DNA of 64,000 nucleotides from Candidatus Latescibacterota bacterium (GTDB taxonomy: Bacteria; Latescibacterota; UBA2968; UBA8231), in assembly GCA_964291625.2 (NCBI GenBank), contig OZ220089.1, forward strand, positions 2,080,001-2,144,000, written 5' to 3'. Position 1 is the stretch's first letter. Each line of letters begins with the position of its first letter. Under the pieces are notes generated by a model, which was given only the letters and a program-made list of their open reading frames with translations, had not been told where the DNA came from and searched no databases. A program made the translations under genes and the position numbers. This document shows, in pieces, positions 47,691 through 58,686 of this stretch.

Positions 47691-47706
47691 GGGCGGTCCC
47701 TCCGAC

Positions 47707-48663
47707 CTAGAGGTGGATGTCCAGCACGCCCATGTCCATGATCGTCTTCAAGGTGATGGCAAGACCCACGAAGATGATGAACACCGAGCTCGCCATGGGA
47801 AGACGCTGGATCCATCGGCCGTCGCCGGAGAAGCGTTCCACCAGCGGCCGCGCCTTGACGAAGGCCACCCCCACGGCGATGAGCACCGCCGCCAGGCCGA
47901 AGCTGAAGACCACCAGGAGCACCAGGCCGAAGGCGATCCGGTCCAGGCCCACGGCCAGCAGCAGGATCACCAGGGCCCCCGGACAGGGCACGATGCCTCC
48001 GGAGATACCCAGGGTCAGCAGGCTGCCGAGGGTCACTTTGGCGGGGATCTCGTGGCTGTGGCCACGGCCGTGGTGATGATCCTCCCCGTGGCCGTGCTCG
48101 TGATCGCCGTGGTCGTGGTCCCCGTGGTCGTGGTCTCCGTGGTCGTCGTCTCCGTGGTGGTGATGGTGATGGTGATGGCCGTGGCCGGGGCCGGAGCCTC
48201 TGAGCTGGTTGGCCAGCAGCCACCCGCCCAGGGCCACGATCAGGAGCCCGGAGGCCGTGCCCATCCACGGCATGATCTCCCTGTAGTCGATGTACTGGGT
48301 GGCGAAGAGGGCGGCCAGGCCCAGGAGAAGGATGCTGAAGGTGTGGGTGAAGGTGACCACGCCCCCGAGGAACATGGCATGGCCCACGGTGCCGCGGCTG
48401 CCCACGAGGTAGGCGGCGACGATCGTCTTGCCGTGTCCCGGCTCCAGGCCGTGGGCGGCGCCGGCCAGGAGGGCCAGCGCCAGGGCTCCGAGGATGATAC
48501 CGGCGCTCAGCTCTTCGGAGCCCACCATCTCCTTGAGGGTGTTCTCCAGGCCCGACGTCCCCTCATCGCCGTGGTCCCCCGGGGTGCCGGCCTCCACCGC
48601 GGCGGGAACCGCGGCCAGCACGGCCGTGAGGACGATCCGTCGCATCCCTTGCGTCAGGGTCAT
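47707..48663 (-). CDS. Nickel/cobalt transporter (RcnA/HoxN-like) with His-rich loop
   Basis: HGLEPGHGK, THT, poly-His/Asp loop, GIVPCPGA. Confidence 0.88.
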   Translation of the reverse strand: MTLTQGMRRIVLTAVLAAVPAAVEAGTPGDHGDEGTSGLENTLKEMVGSEELSAGIILGALALALLAGAAHGLEPGHGKTIVAAYLVGSRGTVGHAMFLGGVVTFTHTFSILLLGLAALFATQYIDYREIMPWMGTASGLLIVALGGWLLANQLRGSGPGHGHHHHHHHHGDDDHGDHDHGDHDHGDHEHGHGEDHHHGRGHSHEIPAKVTLGSLLTLGISGGIVPCPGALVILLLAVGLDRIAFGLVLLVVFSFGLAAVLIAVGVAFVKARPLVERFSGDGRWIQRLPMASSVFIIFVGLAITLKTIMDMGVLDIHL

Positions 48664-48710
48664 GCTCTTCTCCAAAGGTGACGTCAACCGCTGAAAGGTC
48701 GTCAACGGAA

Positions 48711-49484
48711 ATGCAAACGAAGCCGGACTGCCAGCCCCCGACCACTGCCGCCGCCCTCGATCTCGACGCGGTGATCGCCGAGATCGACGACCGGGGCTAC
48801 AGCGCCATCCCGAGTGTGATCTCTCCCCAACGGGCCGACCGGGTGCGCACCGTTCTCGAGGGACTCCTGGCGGCCGAGATCGACGACGGCGTCCGGGAGC
48901 GGAAGCACCAGCGCGTCGGCGGTATCGCCCACAAGCACCCCGTCTTCCTCGAGTTGATGTGCCATCCGCTGATCGTGTCGCTCTGGAAGCGCTACCTCGG
49001 CGACGACATCATCTGCTCCTCGTGGACGGCCAACACCCTCTACCCGGGCCACGACGCCATCGGCTGGCACGCCGACTATCCCTTCTGGTCCCTGAAACCC
49101 CCCTGGCCGACGGGCCGCTTCGCGGGTCAGACCATGTGGCTTCTCGACGACTTCACCGAGGAGAACGGGGCCACCGGGATCGTCCCCTTCTCGCATCGGA
49201 AGGGACATCCGCCCGACGCCCCCACCGACCGCTGGCGTCCCGAGGGCCAGATCCTCACCGGCCGGCGCGGCTCGGTGGTGGTGGCCCACGGCGCCTGGTG
49301 GCACACGTCGCGGCCGAACCGCAGCGGCCGGCCGCGGTCCTGCCTGCTCGGCATGTACCTGATGCCGTGGTTCATCCCCCAGGAGGACATGCGCAGCCAG
49401 CTCGCCAGGATCGACGACCCTGCCGATCTGGTGACCCAGCTGCTGTGCGGCAACCAGCACAGGCCCAGTGTCATCGGCGAATGA
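48711..49484 (+). CDS. Phytanoyl-CoA dioxygenase (PhyH) family enzyme
   Basis: WHAD, LDDFTEENGAT..VPFSH, AWWH. Confidence 0.85.
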   Translation: MQTKPDCQPPTTAAALDLDAVIAEIDDRGYSAIPSVISPQRADRVRTVLEGLLAAEIDDGVRERKHQRVGGIAHKHPVFLELMCHPLIVSLWKRYLGDDIICSSWTANTLYPGHDAIGWHADYPFWSLKPPWPTGRFAGQTMWLLDDFTEENGATGIVPFSHRKGHPPDAPTDRWRPEGQILTGRRGSVVVAHGAWWHTSRPNRSGRPRSCLLGMYLMPWFIPQEDMRSQLARIDDPADLVTQLLCGNQHRPSVIGE

Positions 49485-49489
49485 TCCGA

Positions 49490-49519
49490 TTGACGAAATC
49501 GGCGAGTTGCGGTTATCCT
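49490..49519 (+). promoter_or_regulatory. Candidate sigma70 promoter
   Basis: TTGACG-N18-TATCCT upstream of YtxH-like gene. Confidence 0.35.
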
Positions 49520-49580
49520 AGCCAAAGTGGGTATGCGGATCTCCCGAAACCCGGCTCTTCCCATTTCACAGGAGGATCGC

Positions 49581-49808
49581 GTGAATCGTCATGCGAAGAC
49601 CATAGGGCTTTCCATGGGACTCTTCGGCGCCGGATTGTTGGGCGGCCTGGCCCTCGGACTGGGCGCCGGCATCCTGCTCGCTCCCCGCAGCGGCCGCGAG
49701 TCCCGCGACTCGGTGCGCCGCGGAGTCTCCGAAGCGTATGACAAGGGACAGTCCTACGTGGACCGGTTCCGCAACCGCGACGGCGAGAAGGAGACCGTCG
49801 AGTTGTAG
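49581..49808 (+). CDS. YtxH-domain small protein
   Basis: GGAGG SD, GTG; Gly-rich TM followed by GILLAPRSGRESR. Confidence 0.75.
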   Translation: MNRHAKTIGLSMGLFGAGLLGGLALGLGAGILLAPRSGRESRDSVRRGVSEAYDKGQSYVDRFRNRDGEKETVEL

Positions 49809-49822
49809 GCTCTTGCGGAGGT

Positions 49823-49838
49823 CCCCCCCCCCCCCCCC
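49823..49838 (+). repeat. Poly-C homopolymer (16 C)
   Basis: Seen directly in intergenic DNA. Confidence 0.9.
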
Positions 49839-49996
49839 GGGCGCATCCACCCCTTCTCCCCCCGCCTCTCACCGTCCCGCCCGCGCCCTCTTTCCGAATC
49901 CGCAGCAGCGGCTCCGGTCCGCTCGACAGCCCGGCGTGGCCTGCCTAGAGTTACCGGCCGCCCGACGACAGGACCCTATACCAAAAGGAGCGATTC

Positions 49997-51112
49997 GTGA
50001 AGAAGGTCATTGCAGTTGCCGTGCTCTGCTGTCTCCCAGGCTGGATCGGCCACGCCGGAGGCGGCGAACTCACTCCCTACGGGTTCGTCCGCTTCGACGC
50101 CGTCCTCGACGACTCGAAGCTGAACCACCATCAGTATCCCAACTGGGTGCTGCCGGAGCCGCCGGGCGCGGAAGGCAACGGCAACCTGACCATCCACCCC
50201 CGGCTGACGCGGCTCGGGGCCAAGCTGGCCCCGGTCGACCTGGGGGAGGACAGCGAGATCAGCGGCGTCATCGAGACGGACTTCCAGAACGGCGGCAGCG
50301 AGTCGCGGCAGATCCTGCGCCTGCGCAAGGCGTACTTCAACCTCAGGAAAGGGGACTGGCACTTCCTGGCCGGTCAGACCTGGGACCTCATCTCTCCCCT
50401 CTTTCCCGCGGCCAACAACGACGGCATGATGTGGAACACCGGGAACCTCGGAGACCGGCATCCCCAGGCGCGGCTCACCTGGAAGCCGGAGACCGGCGTC
50501 TCCGCCGCGGTCGCCCTCGGCCAGACGGGGGCGGTGGACAAGAAGGACCTCGACAAGAACGGGATCCTCGACGGCTCGGAGGCGATGGCGCCCTTCCTGC
50601 AGGCGCGGATCGGGATCGAGCAGGCGAAGTTCAAGGCCGGAGCCTGGGCCCATAGGGGGTCGGAGGAGACCGGCACTCCCGTGGGTGGCAGTACCAGCTT
50701 CACCTCGGCCGTGGTGGGCCTCGACTTCTCGGTATCTCCCACGGACAGGCTGGCCGTCGAGGGAGAAGGTTGGACGGGCAGCAACCTTTCCGACATCCGG
50801 GGCGGCATCGGCCAGGGAGTCAACACGGCGACGGGCGAGGAGATCGCCGCTTCCGGAGGCTGGGTCCATCTCCTGATCAAGCCGGCCGAGGGCTGGAAGC
50901 TCTACGCCGGAGCGATGATGGACACCCCCGACGAGGAGGCGGTGCCCGAAGGGGGGCGCACCGGCAATCAGGCGTTCTACCTGGTGAACCGCTACCGGCC
51001 CTGGAAGAGCTTCCAGGCCGCCGTCGAGTATGTGAACTGGACAACCGAGTACAAGGGACCCGCAGACGGGACGGCCAACCGGGTGAATCTCCATTTCACC
51101 CACAACTTCTGA
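49997..51112 (+). CDS. Outer-membrane porin (DcaP-like)
   Basis: AAGGAG SD; signal peptide; YGFVRFDA, TRLG, IETDF, LRLRKAY, LAGQTW; terminal Phe. Confidence 0.75.
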   Translation: MKKVIAVAVLCCLPGWIGHAGGGELTPYGFVRFDAVLDDSKLNHHQYPNWVLPEPPGAEGNGNLTIHPRLTRLGAKLAPVDLGEDSEISGVIETDFQNGGSESRQILRLRKAYFNLRKGDWHFLAGQTWDLISPLFPAANNDGMMWNTGNLGDRHPQARLTWKPETGVSAAVALGQTGAVDKKDLDKNGILDGSEAMAPFLQARIGIEQAKFKAGAWAHRGSEETGTPVGGSTSFTSAVVGLDFSVSPTDRLAVEGEGWTGSNLSDIRGGIGQGVNTATGEEIAASGGWVHLLIKPAEGWKLYAGAMMDTPDEEAVPEGGRTGNQAFYLVNRYRPWKSFQAAVEYVNWTTEYKGPADGTANRVNLHFTHNF

Positions 51113-52434
51113 TGAACCTCGACGACAGGGTCCTGACGCGGAGGTCGCTGCTCCGCCGCGGCCTGGCGGGCCTGCTGGCGGCGCCCTGGATGGGGTGGGG
51201 CGCCGGCTCCGGGGGCGCCGGCGTCCTCCTGTCGGCGGCCAGGGCCGGAGGCGTCGAGCCCTACCAGGCCTCCGAGGACGAGATCGTCCTCGGCATGTCC
51301 GCCGCCTTCTCCGGTCCCTCCCGGGGCCTGGGCAGCGAGCTCTACCGCGGCGCCAAGGCCTGCTTCAACCACGTCAACGAGAACGGGGGGATCGGCGGCC
51401 GCAGGATCTCCCTCAAGCTCTACGACGACGGCTACCAGCCGGATCCCTGCGTTCGCAACACCATGAAGCTCATGCTGGAGGACCGTGTCTTCCTGCTCTT
51501 CGGCTACGTGGGGACGCCTACCGTCACGCGCGTCCTGCCGCTGCTCAAGAAGTTCCAGGACGAGCGGGTCTACCTGTTCTTCCCCTTCACCGGAGCCCAG
51601 CCCCAGAGGGAGCCGCCCTACGGCGACTTCGCCTTCAACCTCCGCGCTTCCTACCGCCAGGAGACCGCCGGCCTCGTGGACAACTTCGTCCGGGCGGGAC
51701 GGAAGCGCATCGCCGTCTTCTACCAGGCCGACGCCTATGGCCGCAGCGGCTGGGCCGGCGTACGGGCGGCCCTCAAGAGGCATGGCGGCGAGATCGTCGG
51801 CGAAGCGACCTACCGCCGGGGTCAGAGATTCACCGGCAGCATGAGGCGCCAGGTCGAGATCCTGACGGCGGCCTCCCCCGACGCCGTCATCTGCATCGGG
51901 TCGTACGCGGCCTGCGCCGGCTTCGCCCGCGACGCCGTCGACCTGGGCCTTCGGGTGCCGATCGCCAATCTCTCCTTCGTGGGCAGCGAGAACCTCCTCG
52001 AGCTGCTCACCGAGAGCCGGGACGACGCCGAGCCCTACACGCGGCTCCTCGTCAACTCCCAGGTCGTTCCCAGCTACGAGGACACCTCCATTCCCGCGGT
52101 CCGGGAGTACCGCGAGCTGATGGCCCACTACGATCCCCAGATCCCCGAGGAGCTCGTCGAGGAACCCTACACCCCGTTCCCCCAGAGCTTCGTCAGCCTC
52201 GAGGGCTTCCTCGACGCCAAGCTGATGGCCGAGATCCTGCGGCGCCTGGAGGGCGTCCCCGACAGGGCGGGGCTGGAAGAGGCGGTGTTCTCGGTGCGGG
52301 ACTTCGATCTCGGCATCGGTGAGCAGGTCTCCTTCGGACCCACTCGCCGCCAGGGCCTGCAGCGGGTCTACTACACCGTCGTCCGGAACGGCCGCTTCGT
52401 GACCCTCGACGACTGGCAGGGGTGGCTCTCCTGA
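51112..52434 (+). CDS. Tat-exported periplasmic binding protein (LIV/Peripla_BP_6 family)
   Basis: LTRRSLLRRG twin-Arg; GMSAAFSG, YDDGYQP, GYVGTPT, NLRASY, SLEGFL.AK. Confidence 0.85.
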   Translation: MNLDDRVLTRRSLLRRGLAGLLAAPWMGWGAGSGGAGVLLSAARAGGVEPYQASEDEIVLGMSAAFSGPSRGLGSELYRGAKACFNHVNENGGIGGRRISLKLYDDGYQPDPCVRNTMKLMLEDRVFLLFGYVGTPTVTRVLPLLKKFQDERVYLFFPFTGAQPQREPPYGDFAFNLRASYRQETAGLVDNFVRAGRKRIAVFYQADAYGRSGWAGVRAALKRHGGEIVGEATYRRGQRFTGSMRRQVEILTAASPDAVICIGSYAACAGFARDAVDLGLRVPIANLSFVGSENLLELLTESRDDAEPYTRLLVNSQVVPSYEDTSIPAVREYRELMAHYDPQIPEELVEEPYTPFPQSFVSLEGFLDAKLMAEILRRLEGVPDRAGLEEAVFSVRDFDLGIGEQVSFGPTRRQGLQRVYYTVVRNGRFVTLDDWQGWLS

Positions 52435-53165
52435 TGAAGATCCAGAAGCTCTTCCAGAGGACCCGTTTCGGCATCTTCGCCCTCTTCGGGCTGATCGTCC
52501 TGTCCACCTCCGCCTTGTGCATATACACGGTGGACACCCAGCTGTCGAAGGAGTACGAGACCAACTGCAGGAACATCGCCAAGAGCATCGCCGACTCCAG
52601 CGTCGACATCCTTCTCAACAGGAACCTCGCGACCCTGCAATCGCTCATCGACCAGTTCGTCGAGATCCAGGGGATCCGCTACATCTACATCACCAGCGAG
52701 GAAGGCGAGTACCTGGCCCACACCTTCGTGCCCGGCATACCCGAGGAAGTCCTCGCCAGCGATCCCGCCAGCACCGAGCCCGTCCACCGCAGCATTCCGG
52801 GGATGGGCGATTTCATGGAAGTCGGCAGCCCGATCCTGGCCGGCGTCGGCGGGACCGTCCACGTGGGCATGGACCTCGACATCATCGGTCTCAAGATTCA
52901 GCGGGCCATCGGCCAGCAGGTGATCCTCATCAGCATCTTCCTCGTCGTCGGCGTCCTGGCCTCCATCTGGCTCGTCAACCTCGCCGCCAAGCCGCTGGGC
53001 TCGCTGCTCTCCTACGCAGTGGAGCTCTCCGGCGGCCAGGGCGAGGAAGGGGCCGCGAAGGAGGATCTCCTGGCGCGCGATGACGAGGTAGGGGACCTGG
53101 CCCGCCTCTTCCGCCACGTCTCGGGTCGATCCCCGGCCCCGGGCGAGCCGGAGAGCCGGCCCTAG
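52434..53165 (+). CDS. 2-TM membrane protein with extracytoplasmic sensor-like domain and terminal HAMP, no output domain
   Basis: TGATG coupling; TM1, Cache-like region, TM2, KPL..L...[10 protein letters not shown] then stop. Confidence 0.7.
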   Translation: MKIQKLFQRTRFGIFALFGLIVLSTSALCIYTVDTQLSKEYETNCRNIAKSIADSSVDILLNRNLATLQSLIDQFVEIQGIRYIYITSEEGEYLAHTFVPGIPEEVLASDPASTEPVHRSIPGMGDFMEVGSPILAGVGGTVHVGMDLDIIGLKIQRAIGQQVILISIFLVVGVLASIWLVNLAAKPLGSLLSYAVELSGGQGEEGAAKEDLLARDDEVGDLARLFRHVSGRSPAPGEPESRP

Positions 53166-53180
53166 GGGATCGGTTCCGCG

Positions 53181-54488
53181 ATGCGCATTCCGCGAAGCGC
53201 CATCGCCCTCTTCTGCACGATCCTGCAGGTCTGCTTCGGCACGGTCTACGCCTGGAGCTTCTTCCAGACGATGCTGGTGCGCCAGGTCGGCTGGACCCAT
53301 ACCGAGACGGCCTGGGCCTTCAGTATCGCCATCTTCACCCTGGGCGTGTCCGCCGCCTGGGCGGGCAACATGCTTCCCAAGGTCGGGCCGCGGTGGCTCG
53401 CCGTGGCCGGCAGCCTGTTGTTCTCGGTTGGATACCTGATCTCGGGGGCCGCCCTCCACCTGGATTCGGTGCCCCTCTTCTACCTGGGCTACGGGGTGGT
53501 GGGCGGGGCGGGCATCGGCCTCGGATACGTGACCCCGGTGGCGACGGTCGCCAAGTGGTTCCCCGACCGCAAGGGGCTGGCCACCGGCATCGTCGTCATG
53601 GGTTTCGGCGTGGGCGCCTTTCTCCTGAGCAAGGGGCTGGCTCCCTTCCTGATCATCCGCACGGCCGGAGCCCTGCCCCTGGTCTTCGTGTGGCTCGGCA
53701 TCGTCTTCGCCTGCATCCTGATTCCCAGCAGCCTGGCCCTCAGCGATCCTCCCGAGTCGGCCTTGCCCGCCGCCGCCTCGGAGGATGCCCCCGGATTCGG
53801 CGAGCCCGACTCCGCCGGCCCCTACCTGCGCACCACCCAGTTCGCCGTCATGTGGACTGTCTTCTTCTTCAACATCTCCGCCGGGATCTCCGTCATCAGC
53901 TTCCAGTCGGAGCTCCTCCAGGAGATCTGGGGCCTGGCGGACGCCACCATCGAGCCCACCACTCTGGCCGAGTACGGCGCCACCCTCATCGCCGTGAGCT
54001 CGATCTGCAACGGCTTGGGGCGCCTGTTCTGGGGACTGCTCTCCGACCGCTTCGGCCGGGTGGCGATCTTCCGGGTGATTCTCGCGAGTCAGATGGTGGT
54101 CTTCGGGATCCTCATGACCGAGACCAACCCCTGGATCTTCTCCATCCTCGTCTGTTACGTCCTGCTCTGCTTCGGGGGAGGCTTCGCCACCATGCCGCCC
54201 TTCGTCCTCGACGTCTTCGGCTCGAAGAAGATGTCCACCATCTACGGAGCGGTCCTCACGGCGTGGGCCGCCGCCGGGATCGCCGGACCGCTCTACGTGG
54301 GACACCTGAAGGACGTCTATCCGGACAGGGCGGTCATGTACTGCTTCCTCATCGGCATCCTCATGCTCGCCGCCGGGTACCTGTTCTCCTACCTGTTGAA
54401 CGACGGGCGGATCCGCCTCGGACGTCCGACGCTGGAGAGCACCCTCGACCGGTTCGGGATACCCGCGGCCGGCAAGGCCCCGGGATGA
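53181..54488 (+). CDS. OFA-family (oxalate:formate antiporter-like) MFS transporter
   Basis: [17 protein letters not shown]...[12 protein letters not shown]...[18 protein letters not shown]. Confidence 0.88.
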   Translation: MRIPRSAIALFCTILQVCFGTVYAWSFFQTMLVRQVGWTHTETAWAFSIAIFTLGVSAAWAGNMLPKVGPRWLAVAGSLLFSVGYLISGAALHLDSVPLFYLGYGVVGGAGIGLGYVTPVATVAKWFPDRKGLATGIVVMGFGVGAFLLSKGLAPFLIIRTAGALPLVFVWLGIVFACILIPSSLALSDPPESALPAAASEDAPGFGEPDSAGPYLRTTQFAVMWTVFFFNISAGISVISFQSELLQEIWGLADATIEPTTLAEYGATLIAVSSICNGLGRLFWGLLSDRFGRVAIFRVILASQMVVFGILMTETNPWIFSILVCYVLLCFGGGFATMPPFVLDVFGSKKMSTIYGAVLTAWAAAGIAGPLYVGHLKDVYPDRAVMYCFLIGILMLAAGYLFSYLLNDGRIRLGRPTLESTLDRFGIPAAGKAPG

Positions 54489-55609
54489 CGCCGTCCTCGG
54501 CAAACGGCTCGAGAGGCAGCGACCTCGCCTACCAGGAGATGATCCTCCAGGGGGTCTCGCGGACCTTCGCCCTCACCATCCCGCAGCTTCCGGCGCCGCT
54601 GCGCGAGGTGGTGGGCAACGCCTACCTCCTGTGCCGCATCACGGACACCATCGAAGACGAGCCGGCCCTCTCGGCCCCGCAGAAGCAGGCGTTCTCGGAG
54701 CGCTTCGTGGAGGTCGTCGCCGGCCGCCAGGGGGCGGAGCCCTTCGCCCGTGACCTCGGGTCCCTGCTGTCCTCCTCGACGACCGAGAGCGAGCGCGACC
54801 TGGTGGCCAACACCGCCCGGGTCATCCGCCTCACCCGCGGCTTCCGCCCGGCCCAGCGGTCCGCCCTCGAGCGTTGCGTGAGGATCATGTCCCGGGGGAT
54901 GTCCGAGTTCCAGCAGCAGGCGACGGTGGACGGCCTGGACGATCTTCCACACCTCGACCGCTATTGCTACCACGTGGCCGGCGTCGTGGGCGAGATGCTC
55001 ACCGAGCTGTTCTGCGACTACTCACCGGAAATCGCCAGACGGCGTCAGGACCTGCTCGCCCTCTCCGTCTCCTTCGGGCAGGGGCTGCAGATGACCAACA
55101 TCCTCAAGGACATGTGGGACGACCGCCGCCGCGGCGCCTGCTGGCTGCCGCGCGACATCTTCCTCGAGGCCGGCTCCGAGATTCGCTCCCTCCCCGCCGG
55201 GCGCGGCGACCCCGCCTTCATCGACGGGCTCCTGGAGCTGGTGGCCATCGCCCATTGGCACCTGGAGAAGGCCTTGCGCTACATCCTGATCATCCCCGCC
55301 CGCGAGGCCGGCATCCGCCGCCACTGTCTGTGGGCCCTGGGAATGGCCGTGCTCACCCTGCGCCGCATTCACGCCACCCCGGCCTTCAAGGACGGACAGG
55401 AAGTGAAGATCTCCCGCCGCAGCGTGCGGGCCGTCACCTTGGTCACCAGCACCCTGGTGCGCTCCAACCTGGCCTTGAAGTTCCTCTTCAAGGCCCTCAC
55501 TCGAGGGCTTCCCCGCGCCGATGGGGGAGGGCGCCTCCAGCCGCCGCTTTCGCCACCGGACCCGAAGGCGGTAGGGCACCAGGACATGAAGAAGGTTCCG
55601 GACCGGTAG
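54485..55609 (+). CDS. Squalene/phytoene synthase family (squalene synthase-like)
   Basis: [42 protein letters not shown]. Confidence 0.88.
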   Translation: MTPSSANGSRGSDLAYQEMILQGVSRTFALTIPQLPAPLREVVGNAYLLCRITDTIEDEPALSAPQKQAFSERFVEVVAGRQGAEPFARDLGSLLSSSTTESERDLVANTARVIRLTRGFRPAQRSALERCVRIMSRGMSEFQQQATVDGLDDLPHLDRYCYHVAGVVGEMLTELFCDYSPEIARRRQDLLALSVSFGQGLQMTNILKDMWDDRRRGACWLPRDIFLEAGSEIRSLPAGRGDPAFIDGLLELVAIAHWHLEKALRYILIIPAREAGIRRHCLWALGMAVLTLRRIHATPAFKDGQEVKISRRSVRAVTLVTSTLVRSNLALKFLFKALTRGLPRADGGGRLQPPLSPPDPKAVGHQDMKKVPDR

Positions 55610-55625
55610 CCAGGAGAAACAGTCG

Positions 55626-56570
55626 ATGCGAGTCATTCTGGCCCAGCCCCGCGGATTCTGCGCCGGCGTCGAACGAGCCATCGAGATCGTCGAGGCGGCG
55701 CTGGAACAGCATGGACCACCCATCTACGTACGTCACGAGATCGTCCACAATCCGCGGGTCGTGGAGAACCTGAGAGCCCGGGGCGTACGGTTCGTGGAAC
55801 AGATCGATCAGGTCCCCGAGGGCGCCATTGCGGTCTTCAGCGCCCACGGCGTGTCCAGGAAGGTCGAGGAGGCTGCCTCCACGCGGAACCTGCGTTCCCT
55901 CGATGCGACCTGCCCCCTGGTCTCCAAGGTGCACAAGGAAGGCCGGCGCTACTCTGCCAGGGGATACGACATCATCCTCATCGGCCACGAGAACCATCCC
56001 GAGGTCGAAGGCACGGTGGGTCAGATCCCGGGGCCGGTCCACCTGGTGAGCGACGTGGAAGGGGCGGCGGCGCTGAAGGTGCGGGATCCTCGAAAGGTCG
56101 CCTACATCACCCAGACGACCCTGTCGGTCGACGATACGCGGGAGGTGATCTCGGCCCTGCGGCAACGGTTCCCCGAGATCGTCGGACCGGACGTGAAGGA
56201 CATCTGTTACGCCACCCAGAACCGCCAGGCCGCCGTGCGCGCCCTCGCCGCCCAGGTGGACCTGTTGCTGGTGGTGGGCGCCGAGAACAGCTCCAACTCG
56301 AACCGCTTGTGCGAGGTCGCCAACGACTGCGGCGTGCCCAGCTATCTCCTCGAGGACCCTTCGAGGCTCGATCCCGACTGGCTGGTGGGAGTCGAGAGCA
56401 TCGGCGTCACCGCCGGCGCCTCCACGCCCGAGGAACTGGTGAGCGAGTTGATCGAGAGGTTGCGGGAGCACGCCGACCTCGAGCTCTCCACCATGGACGG
56501 CATCGAGGAGAACGTGCGTTTCAGCCTGCCGGACATCCTGGATCCCGCCGCCGCCCCCGCCTCCGACTGA
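55626..56570 (+). CDS. ispH: 4-hydroxy-3-methylbut-2-enyl diphosphate reductase
   Basis: [56 protein letters not shown]. Confidence 0.97.
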   Translation: MRVILAQPRGFCAGVERAIEIVEAALEQHGPPIYVRHEIVHNPRVVENLRARGVRFVEQIDQVPEGAIAVFSAHGVSRKVEEAASTRNLRSLDATCPLVSKVHKEGRRYSARGYDIILIGHENHPEVEGTVGQIPGPVHLVSDVEGAAALKVRDPRKVAYITQTTLSVDDTREVISALRQRFPEIVGPDVKDICYATQNRQAAVRALAAQVDLLLVVGAENSSNSNRLCEVANDCGVPSYLLEDPSRLDPDWLVGVESIGVTAGASTPEELVSELIERLREHADLELSTMDGIEENVRFSLPDILDPAAAPASD

Positions 56571-56594
56571 CGGGAGCGGAGCTCCGCCGCCAGC

Positions 56595-57863
56595 CTACAG
56601 ATTCCAGCTCAGCCCCAGATCGACGAAGCTGTCGCGGCGCGTCGGGTAGTGGAGATCCGCCGCGTCGATGGCGATGAGATCGATCGCCTCCAGGCGCAGG
56701 GACCAGCGGCCGGAAACCCGCCGGTTGAGCTCGATGGCGAGGGTTCGCGTGGATCGTCCGAGGTCCATCAGCAGGCCGCCGAGAATCTCCGTGCTCTGAA
56801 CATCATTGAGGGCGAAACGTCCGCCGAGGAAGAGGTCGTTCTCCAGGGTATTCGGGGAGCGTCCCGGCGTGGCCCTGGGCCCCCGTCCATCGTAGCTCCA
56901 CTCGCCGAGCAGACCTGCATCGGCCGTGGAGCCGAGCACCGAGTAGAGCGTGTACTCCGCGCCCAGGACCGAGGCGGCGTAGTCCTCGTCCCGGCCGAGG
57001 CGGTTGCGGGCTCCGGCGCGGTGAATGGCCTCGAGCTTGATCAGCCACGAACCGGTCGTCAGTTGAAGGTCCAACCCGGCCTGGCGGATCTGCTCGTAGC
57101 GCTGGATGAGGGTGGGCCCGCCTTCCGGCTCCGCGCCCAGGAGGAAGAAGGGCTCCCGGCTGGTGCCCCTGAACAGGCTCAGGCCGATGTCGGCGGGGCC
57201 GACGCCATGACTGTAGCGGGCGGCCAGATCCAGGTGCCGCGCCCCGGCCTCGCTCTCGTACTCGACCCGGCTCTCGTTCACCACGAGAGGCAGGCGCAGC
57301 CGGCCCGAGGGCCCCGGAAAGGTCCGGGCCCGGTGATAGGGAAGGCCGAAGACCTCCACGGCGCCCCAGTCCCCGGACCAGGTGAGGTGGGCCATCGGCT
57401 GCCCCAGCTTGACCTCGCCGTCGGGATGCTCGACGAAGTCGACCTGGTTGATGATATCGACCAGGTGCTGGGACTCCGCGACGCCCCAGAAGACCTGGTC
57501 CAGGCCCGCCCGCAGCTCCCACTCCCCGTCGCCGACGGCCCCGAAGAGCAGCAGCGCCGCCTCCCGCAGGTCGGCATGGGTGCGGCGGGGGTCGGCCGAG
57601 TCGTAGCGGAAGAACGGTGCCACGCTGAGGCTCCGGCCCTCGGGGTCCGAGAAGTAGAGCCGCGGGGCCGCGGCAAACCCGCTCGCGTGGCGGCCCTGGT
57701 CCGCATGGGCCGGGCTCTCCCGAAACCAGCGCGTCTCGACGCGGGCGCTCCCGGAGAACCGGTGCTCCAGCCAGGGGGCGGCGCCCGCGGCCCCGGCGAG
57801 AGCGGAGACCAGGATCCAGACCGCCGGGGGCAGCGCGGGGTACGGACCGCCCCGAAGCCTCAT
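56595..57863 (-). CDS. Predicted outer-membrane beta-barrel protein
   Basis: Signal peptide; LREA, VFWGVAES..LVD.INQ, alternating amphipathic strands; last gene of MMPL operon. Confidence 0.65.
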   Translation of the reverse strand: MRLRGGPYPALPPAVWILVSALAGAAGAAPWLEHRFSGSARVETRWFRESPAHADQGRHASGFAAAPRLYFSDPEGRSLSVAPFFRYDSADPRRTHADLREAALLLFGAVGDGEWELRAGLDQVFWGVAESQHLVDIINQVDFVEHPDGEVKLGQPMAHLTWSGDWGAVEVFGLPYHRARTFPGPSGRLRLPLVVNESRVEYESEAGARHLDLAARYSHGVGPADIGLSLFRGTSREPFFLLGAEPEGGPTLIQRYEQIRQAGLDLQLTTGSWLIKLEAIHRAGARNRLGRDEDYAASVLGAEYTLYSVLGSTADAGLLGEWSYDGRGPRATPGRSPNTLENDLFLGGRFALNDVQSTEILGGLLMDLGRSTRTLAIELNRRVSGRWSLRLEAIDLIAIDAADLHYPTRRDSFVDLGLSWNL

Positions 57864-58684
57864 CAACGGGCGCGTCTCAGCCCGGTCCGGGTGAAGTCGC
57901 GCGCGTCCAGATCGGTACCGAACCGGTAGTCGGTCCAGGTCAGGACGGTGCTCTTGCCGGTGAGATGGTTCTCCATCGTCATCTCGCCCGCCCGCCAGTA
58001 GCGCTCCAGGTAGCGCTGGTAGTCATCGAGGGTGAGCGTCTTCAGGTGGGCGTCCTTGCGGTCGTAGTACTCGACCCTCCACACCCGGAGCTCCTCCTTG
58101 TCGCGCCAGACCACCTGCCGGCTGTACCCCGACTTCCTGTCCACGGGGAACCGCTCCGTCACCGTGCAGGTCGACGGGCCGCAGGGTTCGTCCCGCAGGT
58201 ATCGGTAGGTGAACTTCTCCACCGCCTGGGGGGTCAGGTCTTCATAGGCGAACTCGCTGCCCATGAAGGAGCCCGACCGGTTCGACGAGCTGATGCGCTT
58301 GACGCGCTTCAGGGCGGGGAGATACAGCCACTGATCGTCCGAGTCCTCCTTGTTCGCATGGATGAGCAGGGCCGTGCCCTCCACGTCGGGAGGGTCGTCG
58401 AAGACGAAGAGGCTCTTGTCGCCCTCCCCCGGGACCTCGAGAACCCTCACGCGCAGCTGCCGGCGGCTCTCCTGCCCCTGCTTGTTGCGCAGCACCATGA
58501 CCTGCCGGGCGGTGAAGCTGCCGAAGCCCTCCTCCAGGGACTCGGCGTCCCTGGCGATCCGGAGTCCCGCCGCCTCGGCGGGGGATCCCCGCGAAGGAGC
58601 GGGAGACGGGACTTCCAGGAGAGCCCACGCCATGGCGGCCATGAAGAGGAGGCGGAGCGGGGTCCGCACCCGGGGCAGGGGCAT
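57863..58684 (-). CDS. LolA-like outer-membrane lipoprotein-sorting protein
   Basis: ATG 58684; PPDVEGTALL, DDQWLYLPALKRVKRIS..GSFMGSEF.YED, YYDRK..HLKT. Confidence 0.85.
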   Translation of the reverse strand: MPLPRVRTPLRLLFMAAMAWALLEVPSPAPSRGSPAEAAGLRIARDAESLEEGFGSFTARQVMVLRNKQGQESRRQLRVRVLEVPGEGDKSLFVFDDPPDVEGTALLIHANKEDSDDQWLYLPALKRVKRISSSNRSGSFMGSEFAYEDLTPQAVEKFTYRYLRDEPCGPSTCTVTERFPVDRKSGYSRQVVWRDKEELRVWRVEYYDRKDAHLKTLTLDDYQRYLERYWRAGEMTMENHLTGKSTVLTWTDYRFGTDLDARDFTRTGLRRAR

Positions 58685-58686
58685 GG

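Noticed and set aside
48058-48186. Short tandem DNA repeats (CGTGGTCGTGGTC-like)
   Set aside because: Explained by the His/Asp-rich metal-binding loop of the RcnA-like transporter
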